This document shows, piece by piece, positions 38,896 through 50,299 of a stretch of 64,000 bases of DNA. The notes under the pieces are model-generated. The model did no database searches and had not been told where the DNA came from. It was given only the letters and a program-made list of their open reading frames with translations. Numbering within the stretch: position 1 is the first letter of the stretch; each line of letters opens with the position of its first letter. Source of the DNA: an uncultured bacterium. GTDB lineage: Bacteria; Patescibacteriota; Minisyncoccia; UBA6257; 2-01-FULL-56-20. The stretch lies in the NCBI GenBank assembly GCA_963807165.1, contig CAWDZM010000001.1, positions 198,306-262,305 on the forward strand. The letters are read 5' to 3'. Both the position numbers and the translations under genes were made by a program.

Positions 38896-39393
38896 TTAAT
38901 GAAACAATCCCAGCAACCAGTTCACCGCCTGCTGTGCCAGTCCAAGTGCCCATGAAAATAAATTTAATAGCGCAACAAGAATTCCATTGAGTTGAATGCC
39001 GGTCACGCTATAGAACCAATTATCGAACTGACCGATCCACTGGCTCAAAATATTTTGCACGCTGGTCTCGAGCACCGGCGTCATGTTGACGGTCGGCCAT
39101 GTGGCACCCGGCATGCCATTCGTGTTAACCGTTGTATTATTGTTCAGCTTAAGGCTGTTAATGAACCCGGTGAAGGGCGAAATAAGATTCTGGAACGAGT
39201 TACCGATATTATAATTGCCGCCACTAAGATCCGTAGAGCCGGCCGTGATGCCGCCGCCCGAGCCAGTCGATCCGACAGCATACGCGCGCGCCTGCGGTGC
39301 GGCAAAGATGCCGCCGAACGCACCCAAGAAAAGAAAAACAGCAATCAGACCAACGATCGCTGTCTCAAAGAACATCACGCGGTTCTTTTGCAT
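38896..39393 (-). CDS. Hypothetical membrane protein with hydrophobic segments at both the N- and C-terminus
   Basis: 165 aa. Topology only. Confidence 0.35.
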   Translation of the reverse strand: MQKNRVMFFETAIVGLIAVFLFLGAFGGIFAAPQARAYAVGSTGSGGGITAGSTDLSGGNYNIGNSFQNLISPFTGFINSLKLNNNTTVNTNGMPGATWPTVNMTPVLETSVQNILSQWIGQFDNWFYSVTGIQLNGILVALLNLFSWALGLAQQAVNWLLGLFH

Positions 39394-39416
39394 AACTTTA
39401 TTATAGCACTTTCGAT

Positions 39417-40930
<1,514 letters not shown>

Positions 40931-41004
40931 TTAGCACGAAAACGGGGGCGAGGCTAGGGGGGCAACAATTAGTGTTTCAAAATAGCCGCCTGTATAATGT
41001 AGCT

Positions 41005-41610
41005 ATGGGAAACACAGAACCGACAAAATCAGTCGAATCAGAAAAACACAATTTGGCCTTTGTCGATGCACAAAACATGCATTTTGGCACAACCAAGTGT
41101 TATGAATGCATCGCTAAATTAAGGTTGGAAAACCCAGATCTTAAAATCGAAAATGTTAAACTTTCCGATTGTTCTTGCGGAAAAGCATGGGAAGTTAACC
41201 TCGCTAAGTTCAGAATTTATTTGAAAGAAAATTATAACGTTTCTGAAGCCTACTATTTTCTTGGCAATCTCCAAGATAAAAATGAGGAGCTTTATAAAGA
41301 TATACAAAAAGCCGGATTCATTTTAGTTTTTAAAGAACACACGAGCCTAGCCAAGTCGAAAAAGAAAGGAAATGTTGACACTGATTTAGTTTTCGAAGTT
41401 ATGAAAAATATGGTTGATAACTCAGAGTTCAACCAAGTTGTTATTGTTTCTGGAGATGGCGACTACAAAAAATTAGTTAATTACCTGATTTCTAAAGATA
41501 AATTTAGAAAGATTCTCTTCCCAAACAAGAAATTTGCATCGTCTCTATACAAAGAATTCGGCGGAGAAAGGTTCGACTATCTTGAAAATATACGGACTTA
41601 TATAGCCTAA
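41005..41610 (+). CDS. NYN-domain (LabA-like) putative ribonuclease with an inserted 4-Cys segment. It sits inside the AT-rich island.
   Basis: Motifs LAFVDAQN... and VVIVSGDGDY. Start moved to the internal Met because the upstream part is the GC-rich gltX leader. Confidence 0.6.
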   Translation: MGNTEPTKSVESEKHNLAFVDAQNMHFGTTKCYECIAKLRLENPDLKIENVKLSDCSCGKAWEVNLAKFRIYLKENYNVSEAYYFLGNLQDKNEELYKDIQKAGFILVFKEHTSLAKSKKKGNVDTDLVFEVMKNMVDNSEFNQVVIVSGDGDYKKLVNYLISKDKFRKILFPNKKFASSLYKEFGGERFDYLENIRTYIA

Positions 41611-41816
41611 AAATGAAAAAGGCCCCTAGGGCACTTACACCTTTCGGGTCCTCTCTCGTATTGATACTTGTATACTACACCCAGTTTATCCAAAAGTCAA
41701 CACGGGGGGTAAATAACCCACATAGATTCTACACTTTCGCACCTCTCGAAGCGTCCTCAATGTTCCAAATTCCCCCATTTTGGCACGAAATGGTGCAAGA
41801 ACTTGAGTGAAAATTA

Positions 41817-42785
41817 CTATAGTCTTCCAGAAATTTCAAATCGATTGAGAATATATTGACGGTTGTCAAAAATTTCTACATGCCCATAATCAGCGTTAGC
41901 CTGGATACGAAAATTATTGAGTTCGAGAGCTCTTTTTACAACATACATCCCAATACCTAGCCCATCTATGCCTTTGGCATGCTTACCCCTAAATCGCAAG
42001 TTGAAAATCTTAGTAAGCTCCTCTGGCTCAATTCTTAAGCTTATCATGCCTATTGTTAATTTAAATTCCCCTCCTTCGATTTCAAAATAAAATCGTATAT
42101 CTGAATTAGGCTTTACATACTTAAACGCATTATCAAGAAAATTATAAAAAGCTGTGTTAATTGTTTTATAATCTAATTTTATTTTATTTGCCTCCGCCAT
42201 CGAGTCAGCGAACCAAAAACTCGGTTTAACCCACGTTTTATTTGATTGATCTTCGAATGCATGAAGTACTTTAATTATAATATCGCGAATATTATGTGGT
42301 CGGATATCAAGCTGAATCTCCTCGCCCATATTGATAATTTCAAAGCTTGCCATATGAGCATCGATTTCTACTATTCTCTGTTGTAGATTAATCAAAATAT
42401 CCGCGACCCCTTTGGTATCAGCTTTTATGTCAGCGATCACTATTTCCCTTTGTTCTTGAAAATCCTTATTCGCGAACTTGCGATAATCTACGATCCCTTC
42501 TATTTTCTGTTTTAATTGTCCTTGTAATTTTATTAGACTGTGAGAATGTTCTTTTATTTGATCAATAAAACCATCCTCGATTGAAAAAATGATCGGGCTA
42601 CTAACCTCGACCACTTTCCGTAATATTTTTGATCGCTTTACAAGTTCAAGATCGTCGGTGATAAACTCAATCACCCCGTCGCCTATCTGAAATTCTCTAA
42701 TGGCATAACCAGATTCATTAAAATTATCTGGTATATTCGTGGAGACAACTTCTCCGTCTGAAGTTTTTCTCCGATAGAAAGTCAT
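41817..42785 (-). CDS. Cytoplasmic histidine-kinase-like ATPase (GHKL HATPase_c) with an uncharacterised N-terminal domain. AT-rich island.
   Basis: N-box LDNAFKYV, G1-box GIDGLGIGM, and a possible H-box EIDAHMASF. No TM segments. Confidence 0.55.
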   Translation of the reverse strand: MTFYRRKTSDGEVVSTNIPDNFNESGYAIREFQIGDGVIEFITDDLELVKRSKILRKVVEVSSPIIFSIEDGFIDQIKEHSHSLIKLQGQLKQKIEGIVDYRKFANKDFQEQREIVIADIKADTKGVADILINLQQRIVEIDAHMASFEIINMGEEIQLDIRPHNIRDIIIKVLHAFEDQSNKTWVKPSFWFADSMAEANKIKLDYKTINTAFYNFLDNAFKYVKPNSDIRFYFEIEGGEFKLTIGMISLRIEPEELTKIFNLRFRGKHAKGIDGLGIGMYVVKRALELNNFRIQANADYGHVEIFDNRQYILNRFEISGRL

Positions 42786-43240
42786 TTAATTTTACTCAGC
42801 TCCGATTCAATCATAGAAATAAATTCTGACGTTTCGGAATTTTTTGACATTTGATTATCAGCCACTCGCATATCCACGCTCAATTTAAATCGCCCATATG
42901 CAGAATATAGAATCACTCTTTTCTTATCGCGATACGCATTCTTAATTGCCCGAATTACACTTATACCCTGCTCTTTTTCTGATAATTTATCACCGACTCC
43001 TTTATAGTCGACGAAAATAATATCTGCTCTTTTTATATTTTCGTCTTGGATATTAATAATGTCATTTATTTTCCTTACTGCCCACCCCGCTTTTTGTAAA
43101 TTTTCAACAACCGGGCACTCGGAATCATCAATGAAAAGAATGTTCGCTGAAATTTTATCCAATTTCTTTTTGCGCCGAAACGGCCACCAAAAATTGGGCT
43201 TGAAATCTATGTCTACGTTGACTACGTTAAAATCGCCCAT
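42782..43240 (-). CDS. Stand-alone receiver (REC)-like domain protein. Its stop overlaps the kinase start (ATGA). AT-rich island.
   Basis: ILFIDD (acidic pair), IIFVDY (phospho-acceptor Asp), ILYSA (Thr/Ser). ~30-aa N-terminal extension. Confidence 0.5.
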   Translation of the reverse strand: MGDFNVVNVDIDFKPNFWWPFRRKKKLDKISANILFIDDSECPVVENLQKAGWAVRKINDIINIQDENIKRADIIFVDYKGVGDKLSEKEQGISVIRAIKNAYRDKKRVILYSAYGRFKLSVDMRVADNQMSKNSETSEFISMIESELSKIK

Positions 43241-44463
43241 ATTTCCTTTGAAAACTTCCCTTTCGACCCCTTAACAGAACTATCTAATAAAATTTGATTT
43301 TTAGCAAGCCCCTCCCCTACCTCGCACTGATCCGCATCAGCTCGTCCGCGATCTTGTCCGCGGCGCCGGGGATAAAGAATGCCGAACGACGCGGCGCTCA
43401 TCTTGGCGCGCAGGTCGGCGTCCCCCAGGATCTGCTTGAGCTGGGTAAAGAAGATGCCGGGCAAAAGGTTTGCCTCTTCGATGACGATCGCGGCGCCGGA
43501 CTTGGCGAACTCGTAGGCGTCCACGCGCTGGTGGTCGTTCGCGGATTCGGTGAGCGGGATCAGGATGGCGGGAAGACCAAATGACGCGAACTCGCAGACG
43601 GAGCTGCCAGAACGCGCAACGACGAGATCCGCGGCGGTAAGTGCGGTCGCCATATCATTGCCACCTTCCGGCGTGCCGCCAAAGTAGCCAACGGCGACGT
43701 AGCGGAACGTGATCGGCGCGTTCGCGAGCGCGACTTTGGCCAATTGTTGCACCTCTGCAAAATTGTCTGGGCCGGTCTGATGCAAAACCGACGTCATGGA
43801 AATAAATTGGGTGATATTCGCAAGCACGAATTCATTGATACGTTTTGCACCTTGCGAACCGCCAACGATAAGCACAAGCGGCTGAGTCTTATCAAAACCC
43901 ATAATTTCTTTTGCTGCTTCTTTTGATATTCGCTCGCCGAGCAACTCTGTGCGCAACGGCGCGCCCGTGATCATCACTTTATCGGCGGCGAAGAACGCCG
44001 CTGCGCGATCAAAACTCAAGAACACGCGCGTGGCAAAACGGCCGGAGGTGACGTTGGTGAGCCCGGGCTGGGCATCGGAATCGTGGATTGCGATGGGAAT
44101 GCGATAAAACCACGCGGCGAGAACGACGGGCAAGGCTCCGGTACCGCCCTTCGAGAAAACGACATCGGGCATCATAAAATAGAGTTTCCATAACGCTTGG
44201 AAGAATCCGATCACGAACTTTGGCGCATCGAGAAAATTATCGATCGAAAAATAGCGGCGCATCTTTCCCGACGCGATCGGATAGATCGGAATGCCGCGCT
44301 GTGCGAGGAGCGCCGCGTATGGATCGTTCGGACCAAAATAGGCAAACTCCACCGGCGCATGGAGCGCGTCGCACTTTGCCTGCAATGATTCGGCCACCGC
44401 GAGCAATGGATAAATATGTCCCCCACTCCCACCGCCGGTAAACGCCACTCTGAATTTTTCCAT
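43222..44463 (-). CDS. murG: Undecaprenyldiphospho-muramoylpentapeptide beta-N-acetylglucosaminyltransferase MurG, with a ~50-aa C-terminal extension running into the AT-rich island.
   Basis: FTGGGSGGHIYP motif. ftsW-murG gene order. Confidence 0.85.
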   Translation of the reverse strand: MEKFRVAFTGGGSGGHIYPLLAVAESLQAKCDALHAPVEFAYFGPNDPYAALLAQRGIPIYPIASGKMRRYFSIDNFLDAPKFVIGFFQALWKLYFMMPDVVFSKGGTGALPVVLAAWFYRIPIAIHDSDAQPGLTNVTSGRFATRVFLSFDRAAAFFAADKVMITGAPLRTELLGERISKEAAKEIMGFDKTQPLVLIVGGSQGAKRINEFVLANITQFISMTSVLHQTGPDNFAEVQQLAKVALANAPITFRYVAVGYFGGTPEGGNDMATALTAADLVVARSGSSVCEFASFGLPAILIPLTESANDHQRVDAYEFAKSGAAIVIEEANLLPGIFFTQLKQILGDADLRAKMSAASFGILYPRRRGQDRGRADADQCEVGEGLAKNQILLDSSVKGSKGKFSKEIWAILT

Positions 44464-44467
44464 TTTT

Positions 44468-45577
44468 TTAATTATACCGTGTAACGTTCAATGCCACACC
44501 ACTCATCGTGATGAACACCGCGAGCGCCGTACCGCCATAGCTGACGAACGGCAATGGCACACCAGTGAGTGGAATGATGCCGGAGATCGAAGCCATGTTG
44601 ACGAATGCTTGAAGCGCAATAACGGTGCCAAAACCGAACAGAATCATGCGTCCAAACTGATCGCCCGTCTTGCGCGCAAGCCAGAACATGCGGAAGGTAA
44701 CGATCCCAAAGAGCGCCACAAGCGCGCCGGCGCCGACGAAGCCAAGCTCTTCCGCCACGACCGCAAAGATCGAATCATCGATCGGCGTCGGCAGATAACT
44801 GTCCTTCGTTGCTGACTGGCCGTAGCCCACACCGAACAAACCGCCCGACCCAATTGCAATGAGCGACTGGTTGACCTGATAGTTTTGCCCCTGCAAATTT
44901 TGTGTCGGATGCAAAAATCCGGTGATGCGCGCCATGCGGTACGGCGTGATGAAGATAAGAAGCACGACCGCCGCAACCGCGACGCCGATAATGCCAGCGA
45001 TATATTTTATCGGAGCGCCGCTCAAAAAATAAACGATAAGCCCCGAACCGAGTAAGATCGCGACCGTACTCGTCGCCGGTTGAAGCACGAGCAAGATCGC
45101 CATGACACCGGAAATGATCGCAAACGGCAAAAGCCCTGTTTGAAAATCCGTGCTCCGTTTTTTTGAATTCGAAAGCCACGCTGCAAGATATAAAAGATAG
45201 GTGAACTTCATCAGCTCCGCAGGCTGAAAACTAAGCGGTCCAAAGCGCAACCATCGAGTGGAACCGCTTGCGGCGGTGCCGAGCGGCGTAAACACCAACA
45301 CGAGCGCGACCATGCTGATGAGCAAAAGAATGAATGCAACATCTTTAAATTTATAATAGGGAACGAAATAGCCAATCAGAAATCCAACGATACCAACCCC
45401 GAGCCCGAATGCTAATTGATGCTCAAGATAATAATAACTGTTGTTAAATAACTGCTTTCCAAGATCGGAAGATGCGGACGAAAGCATGGCAAGCCCGAAC
45501 ACGAGCAGAATGCACAGCGCCGCCAATAAAAAATAATCAGGATTGCCAGCGCTGGTTCGTCGTAGATTCTTTGCCAT
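44468..45577 (-). CDS. ftsW: Peptidoglycan glycosyltransferase FtsW/RodA (SEDS family)
   Basis: Ten-helix SEDS topology and conserved motifs. Upstream of murG. Confidence 0.85.
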   Translation of the reverse strand: MAKNLRRTSAGNPDYFLLAALCILLVFGLAMLSSASSDLGKQLFNNSYYYLEHQLAFGLGVGIVGFLIGYFVPYYKFKDVAFILLLISMVALVLVFTPLGTAASGSTRWLRFGPLSFQPAELMKFTYLLYLAAWLSNSKKRSTDFQTGLLPFAIISGVMAILLVLQPATSTVAILLGSGLIVYFLSGAPIKYIAGIIGVAVAAVVLLIFITPYRMARITGFLHPTQNLQGQNYQVNQSLIAIGSGGLFGVGYGQSATKDSYLPTPIDDSIFAVVAEELGFVGAGALVALFGIVTFRMFWLARKTGDQFGRMILFGFGTVIALQAFVNMASISGIIPLTGVPLPFVSYGGTALAVFITMSGVALNVTRYN

Positions 45578-45580
45578 GCC

Positions 45581-47101
45581 TTATAGGGATTTTTTAAGCG
45601 TCCTCCCCGGAAGCGCCGACTGGAATTCATTCTCTTTTTCCACCACCTTTCCGTTTACGATAGTAAACTTTACTTCGCCGCCACGGAAACATACGAGGTC
45701 GGCATAATTCCCCTCTTTGATCGCTCCCCTGCCCGCGATGCCGAAAAGGCGTGCCGGATCGAGCGTTATTTTTCGGATCGCATCCTCGAATGACATCGAT
45801 TTCTTTTCCTCAACGAGCGAGAGAAATGCGGAGAATGTGGCGATCGCGCGATCGGACTTAAAATGTTTTATCCCCGTCGCGCGATCGCCGACGCTCGGCG
45901 CATTCGATGCGATAAGGCTGCGCGGTGAAGCGATCGCGCGAGCGATCAGATCCGCATCAAGATTCTTATAAAGCACCGTGCCCTTGAGCTGTAGCGCCTG
46001 CATCAACCGCAACAGCACATCGCGATTATCATCCACTTCATAAATATCTTTGATCTCCCTCAGTGACCGGCCGACGAGAATCTCGTTGCCCGGCGCTTGC
46101 GCAATAATAAAATGATCCTCGTCAATATCCGGAATATCTTTTTTGATGCGCGGGAGCAACCACTCATCGTTGATGTTCTGCCGCATCACGGCAAGGCCGC
46201 CGTTCTGTACCCACTCCGGCAAAAAAGTGTAAATAGGCAAAAGCGAGTTGGCCGACGGAGAAATATCAAAACGCAGATCGATCTCTGGCGGCAGATCATT
46301 GATCAACACAAGCGCTTCCTCATATTCCTTTTCCGCACCGACGACCGGCGCAAAATGGCTGATGATCGTCGAGACGCCCGTCTCACGCGCAAGCTTGAGC
46401 GTTTCTTCCACCGCCTCCTTTATCCCCACACCTTCATTACGTAAGTGCGTCGCATACACGCCGTGATATTTTTTTACGATCTCCGCGAGCGTGCGCAATT
46501 CCGCGTACGGCGTCTTTCGCGCATGCACATAACTCAGTCCGGTTGAAAGCCCGAATGCACCCTCGGCAAGCGCCGCTTGGAGCGTACGTGCAAAGACACC
46601 AAGTTCGTTTTTGGTAAGGTCGCGCAACGCCTCGCCCACGATCGCACGGCGGATGGTAGCATGCCCCACGAGCGTGCCAAAGTTCACCGCAGCAGGATGT
46701 TTCTCCATCACCTTCAAGAATTCTGCCATCGTGTGCCAGTTCACATTGATACGATCGGTGTCTCCCCATTTTTGCAGCGTTTCAAGACTGCCATAGAGCA
46801 ACGGCGCGAGCGACGCTCCGCACATCCCGCCCATGATCGTGGTCACACCCTGCCGGATAAAATCCTCCTGGCTCGGATTGTCGAACAACGTTAAATAGTG
46901 ATCCGAATCTGTATTGCAATCGATAAATCCCGGGCCAAGATATGCGCCTTGCCCATCGAGAACGACGTCAGCTTTTTTATTGGAAAAATTGCCGATGGCG
47001 GAGATCTTATTATCGCTCACAAAAACATCGCGAGGCTCTGCGGTGGCACCCGCGCCACGCGTGCCACCAACAACTTGCACGTTCTTAATAAGAAGTGTCA
47101 T
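45581..47101 (-). CDS. Amidohydrolase-3 family protein (N-acyl-D-amino-acid deacylase-like)
   Basis: D-aminoacylase-like architecture (GFIDCNTDSDH ... catalytic domain ... C-terminal beta-sandwich). Confidence 0.6.
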   Translation of the reverse strand: MTLLIKNVQVVGGTRGAGATAEPRDVFVSDNKISAIGNFSNKKADVVLDGQGAYLGPGFIDCNTDSDHYLTLFDNPSQEDFIRQGVTTIMGGMCGASLAPLLYGSLETLQKWGDTDRINVNWHTMAEFLKVMEKHPAAVNFGTLVGHATIRRAIVGEALRDLTKNELGVFARTLQAALAEGAFGLSTGLSYVHARKTPYAELRTLAEIVKKYHGVYATHLRNEGVGIKEAVEETLKLARETGVSTIISHFAPVVGAEKEYEEALVLINDLPPEIDLRFDISPSANSLLPIYTFLPEWVQNGGLAVMRQNINDEWLLPRIKKDIPDIDEDHFIIAQAPGNEILVGRSLREIKDIYEVDDNRDVLLRLMQALQLKGTVLYKNLDADLIARAIASPRSLIASNAPSVGDRATGIKHFKSDRAIATFSAFLSLVEEKKSMSFEDAIRKITLDPARLFGIAGRGAIKEGNYADLVCFRGGEVKFTIVNGKVVEKENEFQSALPGRTLKKSL

Positions 47102-49087
47102 TACTGTTTATTATACAACAAAAATATGGTTGTATCGCTCGCATCAGGGCTGTGGGCATGTGCTTCATCGGGCGCCGTGATATCGATCTCACCACCGGAG
47201 CCAAAGCGGATCCTATCCCCTGCACCAACCGTGATAAGGGGGATATGCTTTGCCTCAATCATATTCGCAAACTGAGTCCATTCGGCGCTATGCGAGTCAT
47301 CGCTTCGACCGTTATAGAGAAATGCGCCGACGCTATAATGCTGGAGTACATATTGATAGCCTTCATAATCGGACACCTCTGGTGCAGGAATGATCGCAAG
47401 GTCAATATATGTCGCCGCGCCGGATGGCAATGTTTTTTGGAGATCGTCCACGATGGTGGCATCCGAACCCGCATCGGTGAGCACTGTCGCTCCACCCGGT
47501 AACACGAGTAGAGTAGACGTAGCATGCGTAAGCGGCAAAGAATATACATGCGGGGCAACAGAATTCCGCGCAGTAAAAATAGTCCTCCACATCATAAGAT
47601 CGAGTGCGAAGAGTGCAAGAAGAATGATCGCGCTTATGACATCAATTATTTTCTTGTGATGGTGCGCCATAATAATAAGTAACGATAATGATCATTCCAA
47701 AATAGAATGCGGTGACGAATGCCGAGCCGAAGACTGCCGGCATCGGCACCACGATCGCGGCAAAGGCATGGATGATAAATAATTCATATTGCAAAAATAT
47801 GCTCACGACTCGCGCCGCGCAGAATGCGAGTGCCGGAGAGGCAAACCCAAACAACACCATAAGCGCCCCGAATCCGATCACCGCGGCCCACGGGATCATG
47901 ATTAAAATATTAGAGACGAATGACGTAAGCGAAAATTCTCCGAACGTATTCATAACAATGGGGAGAATCGCAAGGTTGGTGGCGAGAGAAAGCATCGCGT
48001 GTTCTTTCCATTGCAATACTCCGCCATCCGTCCAGTGAAAATAATGATTAATCGCCGGACCGAGATAATAAATACCGAGAAAGCTGAGGAATGAGAGTTG
48101 GAACGCCGCATCAGTGAGCAACGTCGCATTCAAGAGCACCATGCCAAGCGCGGCAAACGTGACTGCATTGCGCGCGCTGAATACTCTGCCCGTTCCGCGT
48201 GCGACGATGGCGAACGATCCCATCACGGCCGCGCGCACCGCGGAGATCGCGCCGCCGGACGCCATAACAAATAGTGCTACCACCCCAAGTGTTACCCACA
48301 GCAACGCCCGGCGCGATAAACGATCCTTCAATGCCACGGCGAGCGCGGCCGTGATGAGCGCGATCTTATATCCATACATATTGACGATATATGACGTACC
48401 CGACGATTCCATTTGTGCCTTGAGTGTTGCGCTCACGGTGCCGGTCGTACCAATCAAAATCCCTGCCAACAGCGCCGCCTGATCCGGCGGTAATAATTGC
48501 GCAATCTTCGCCACAATCGCCGCCTTGAAATTTATCAACACCTCCTTTATCCAATATCCTTGATGCTGGGCGATAACCCGCATCGGTGGCAAAAACATGG
48601 CCAGCGGCTCGCCCGCATCGCTCGCATCCTTGGATACGCTTACCGATCCTTTTATCCATAACTCATCGCCATAATGAAACTCTGTATTATTCGGCGTCGT
48701 GAAAATATCTAGCGTACCGGCATATGGCTGTGCAAGGGTGATGACGAGCATCGTAAAATTACCGGCCGCCTTTGGTTCTTCCGCCACAACACCAAAAAAT
48801 GCCACGCCTTTTCCAGCCGGAAGATGCGCATGCGCCGTCTGCCAGTCAATGTAGGTATGGTAATAAATAACGCCCGCACTGGCAGCAAGAAAAAATAGTG
48901 CAATATACTTCCAAAATCCACTACGATAAAAAAATAATATGGCAGATGCAATGAAAAAAAATATAGCGAGCGCTATCGTGATCCTAAACGACCAAAAATC
49001 CCATCTCCTATTCGCTGCAAAGATCCCAAAAAGAAACACCACGGCAACGCCAAAGAAAATATCCCCCGCTCTTATATATGTGCGCAT
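47101..49087 (-). pseudogene. comEC: DNA internalisation competence protein ComEC/Rec2, split at ~47655 between the competence domain and the metallo-beta-lactamase domain. Probably an extra A in a homopolymer.
   Basis: Competence membrane domain plus MBL-like domain. Deleting one A in gaaaat fuses them in frame. Confidence 0.7.
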
Positions 49088-49168
49088 GCATCCATCATAC
49101 TCACGCGGGATTAAAAGAATATAAAAAACGGCGTAGCTCTATAAAAGAGCCACGCCGGTGGATACATT

Positions 49169-49588
49169 TCATGCACATACCCCCTCAACCACATCAACCG
49201 CCTTGAGGTATTCATCGAAATCTTCCCATTGCCGTTCGGTCAGCATGTCTATCGGTAAGGCACCATGCCTTTGAAGAAACCTCCATCGTTTCATGCATTC
49301 AATCCGTGCGGCAAAAAGCTGACTCTGTGTCGCATTTACATTGCCTTGATAGAACTTCTCTTCGATCGGTGAGAGTTTTTCTTTCTTTCTTAGCGAAAGT
49401 CTTTCACGTTCTCCCTTGCGACGCCGCACCGCGCTTCGAAAAAACTCAAGTTCATTGAGATTCCTTTGAATCTTTTCTTGCTTCCGTTCCGCGTAATAGC
49501 TGCGGATGGCCTGACCAACTCCTTTCGTAAATTTTGATAAACTTGCGAAAATAGTCGCGCCGTTGATAAGAACAATGACTGCAGACAT
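49169..49588 (-). CDS. Hypothetical protein
   Basis: 139 aa, basic, coiled-coil-like. Confidence 0.3.
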   Translation of the reverse strand: MSAVIVLINGATIFASLSKFTKGVGQAIRSYYAERKQEKIQRNLNELEFFRSAVRRRKGERERLSLRKKEKLSPIEEKFYQGNVNATQSQLFAARIECMKRWRFLQRHGALPIDMLTERQWEDFDEYLKAVDVVEGVCA

Positions 49589-49630
49589 ACCTAACCTCCT
49601 CGATTTTCAAGCTTCCGCAGATATTGTATC

Positions 49631-50299
49631 CTATTTTTCACTTACCCGCAACCCCTTGCGCCATTCGGTGATCTTCTTGTGATTGCCAGAAAGGAGCACC
49701 GGTGGCACATTCCATTTTTTCCCTTTTGTAGGAGAAAAAACCTCCGGGCGTGTATAGGTCGGGAATGAACCATTGATCTCTTCAAGCGATTCTTCTTTTC
49801 CTAAAAAACCAGGGAGCTGGCGACTGACCGCTTCCATGAGCGCGAGCGCGGGAATCTCGCCGCCGGACAGGACAAAATCTCCGATCGAGATTTCCTCATC
49901 GGTAATATGGTGCGCCACGCGCTCATCCACGCCTTCATACCGGCCGCAAATCAGAATAAGATCATCATATTTCGCCAGACGTCGCGCCACGGCCGCATCC
50001 AAATGCTTTCCACGGGTAGAAAACAACACTACGCGCGTTTTACGTTTTTTTAATGTTTTTTGCGTGGCTGTTTTTATCTTCTTTACCGCATCATAGATGG
50101 GCTGGACAGACAGCACCATCCCCGGGCCACCGCCAAACGGACGATCGTCCACTTTCCGATGCTTATCTTTGGTAAAAGAGCGAAGGTCGTACGCGCGCAC
50201 GGCGATGATCTTATTTTTTTGCGCACGTTTAAAAAGCGATTCGCCAAGATACGAATCGAACATGCCAGGGAACACGGTGATGATATGAAAACGCATCAT
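49631..50299 (-). CDS. trmD: tRNA (guanine37-N1)-methyltransferase
   Basis: SPOUT TrmD motifs. Confidence 0.9.
   Translation of the reverse strand: MMRFHIITVFPGMFDSYLGESLFKRAQKNKIIAVRAYDLRSFTKDKHRKVDDRPFGGGPGMVLSVQPIYDAVKKIKTATQKTLKKRKTRVVLFSTRGKHLDAAVARRLAKYDDLILICGRYEGVDERVAHHITDEEISIGDFVLSGGEIPALALMEAVSRQLPGFLGKEESLEEINGSFPTYTRPEVFSPTKGKKWNVPPVLLSGNHKKITEWRKGLRVSEK

Noticed and set aside
38896-39393. Type IV pilin or VirB2-like pilin assignment for the 165-aa membrane protein
   Set aside because: There is no G/FTLIE prepilin cleavage motif, and the N-terminus (MFFETAIVGL) does not fit. Only the two-hydrophobic-segment topology is suggestive, so it is left as hypothetical.
43222-43295. 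Treating the murG C-terminal extension as a distinct domain
   Set aside because: The extra ~50 aa are low-complexity, and the last ~25 codons fall in the AT-rich island. It is more likely read-through created by the insertion than a functional domain.
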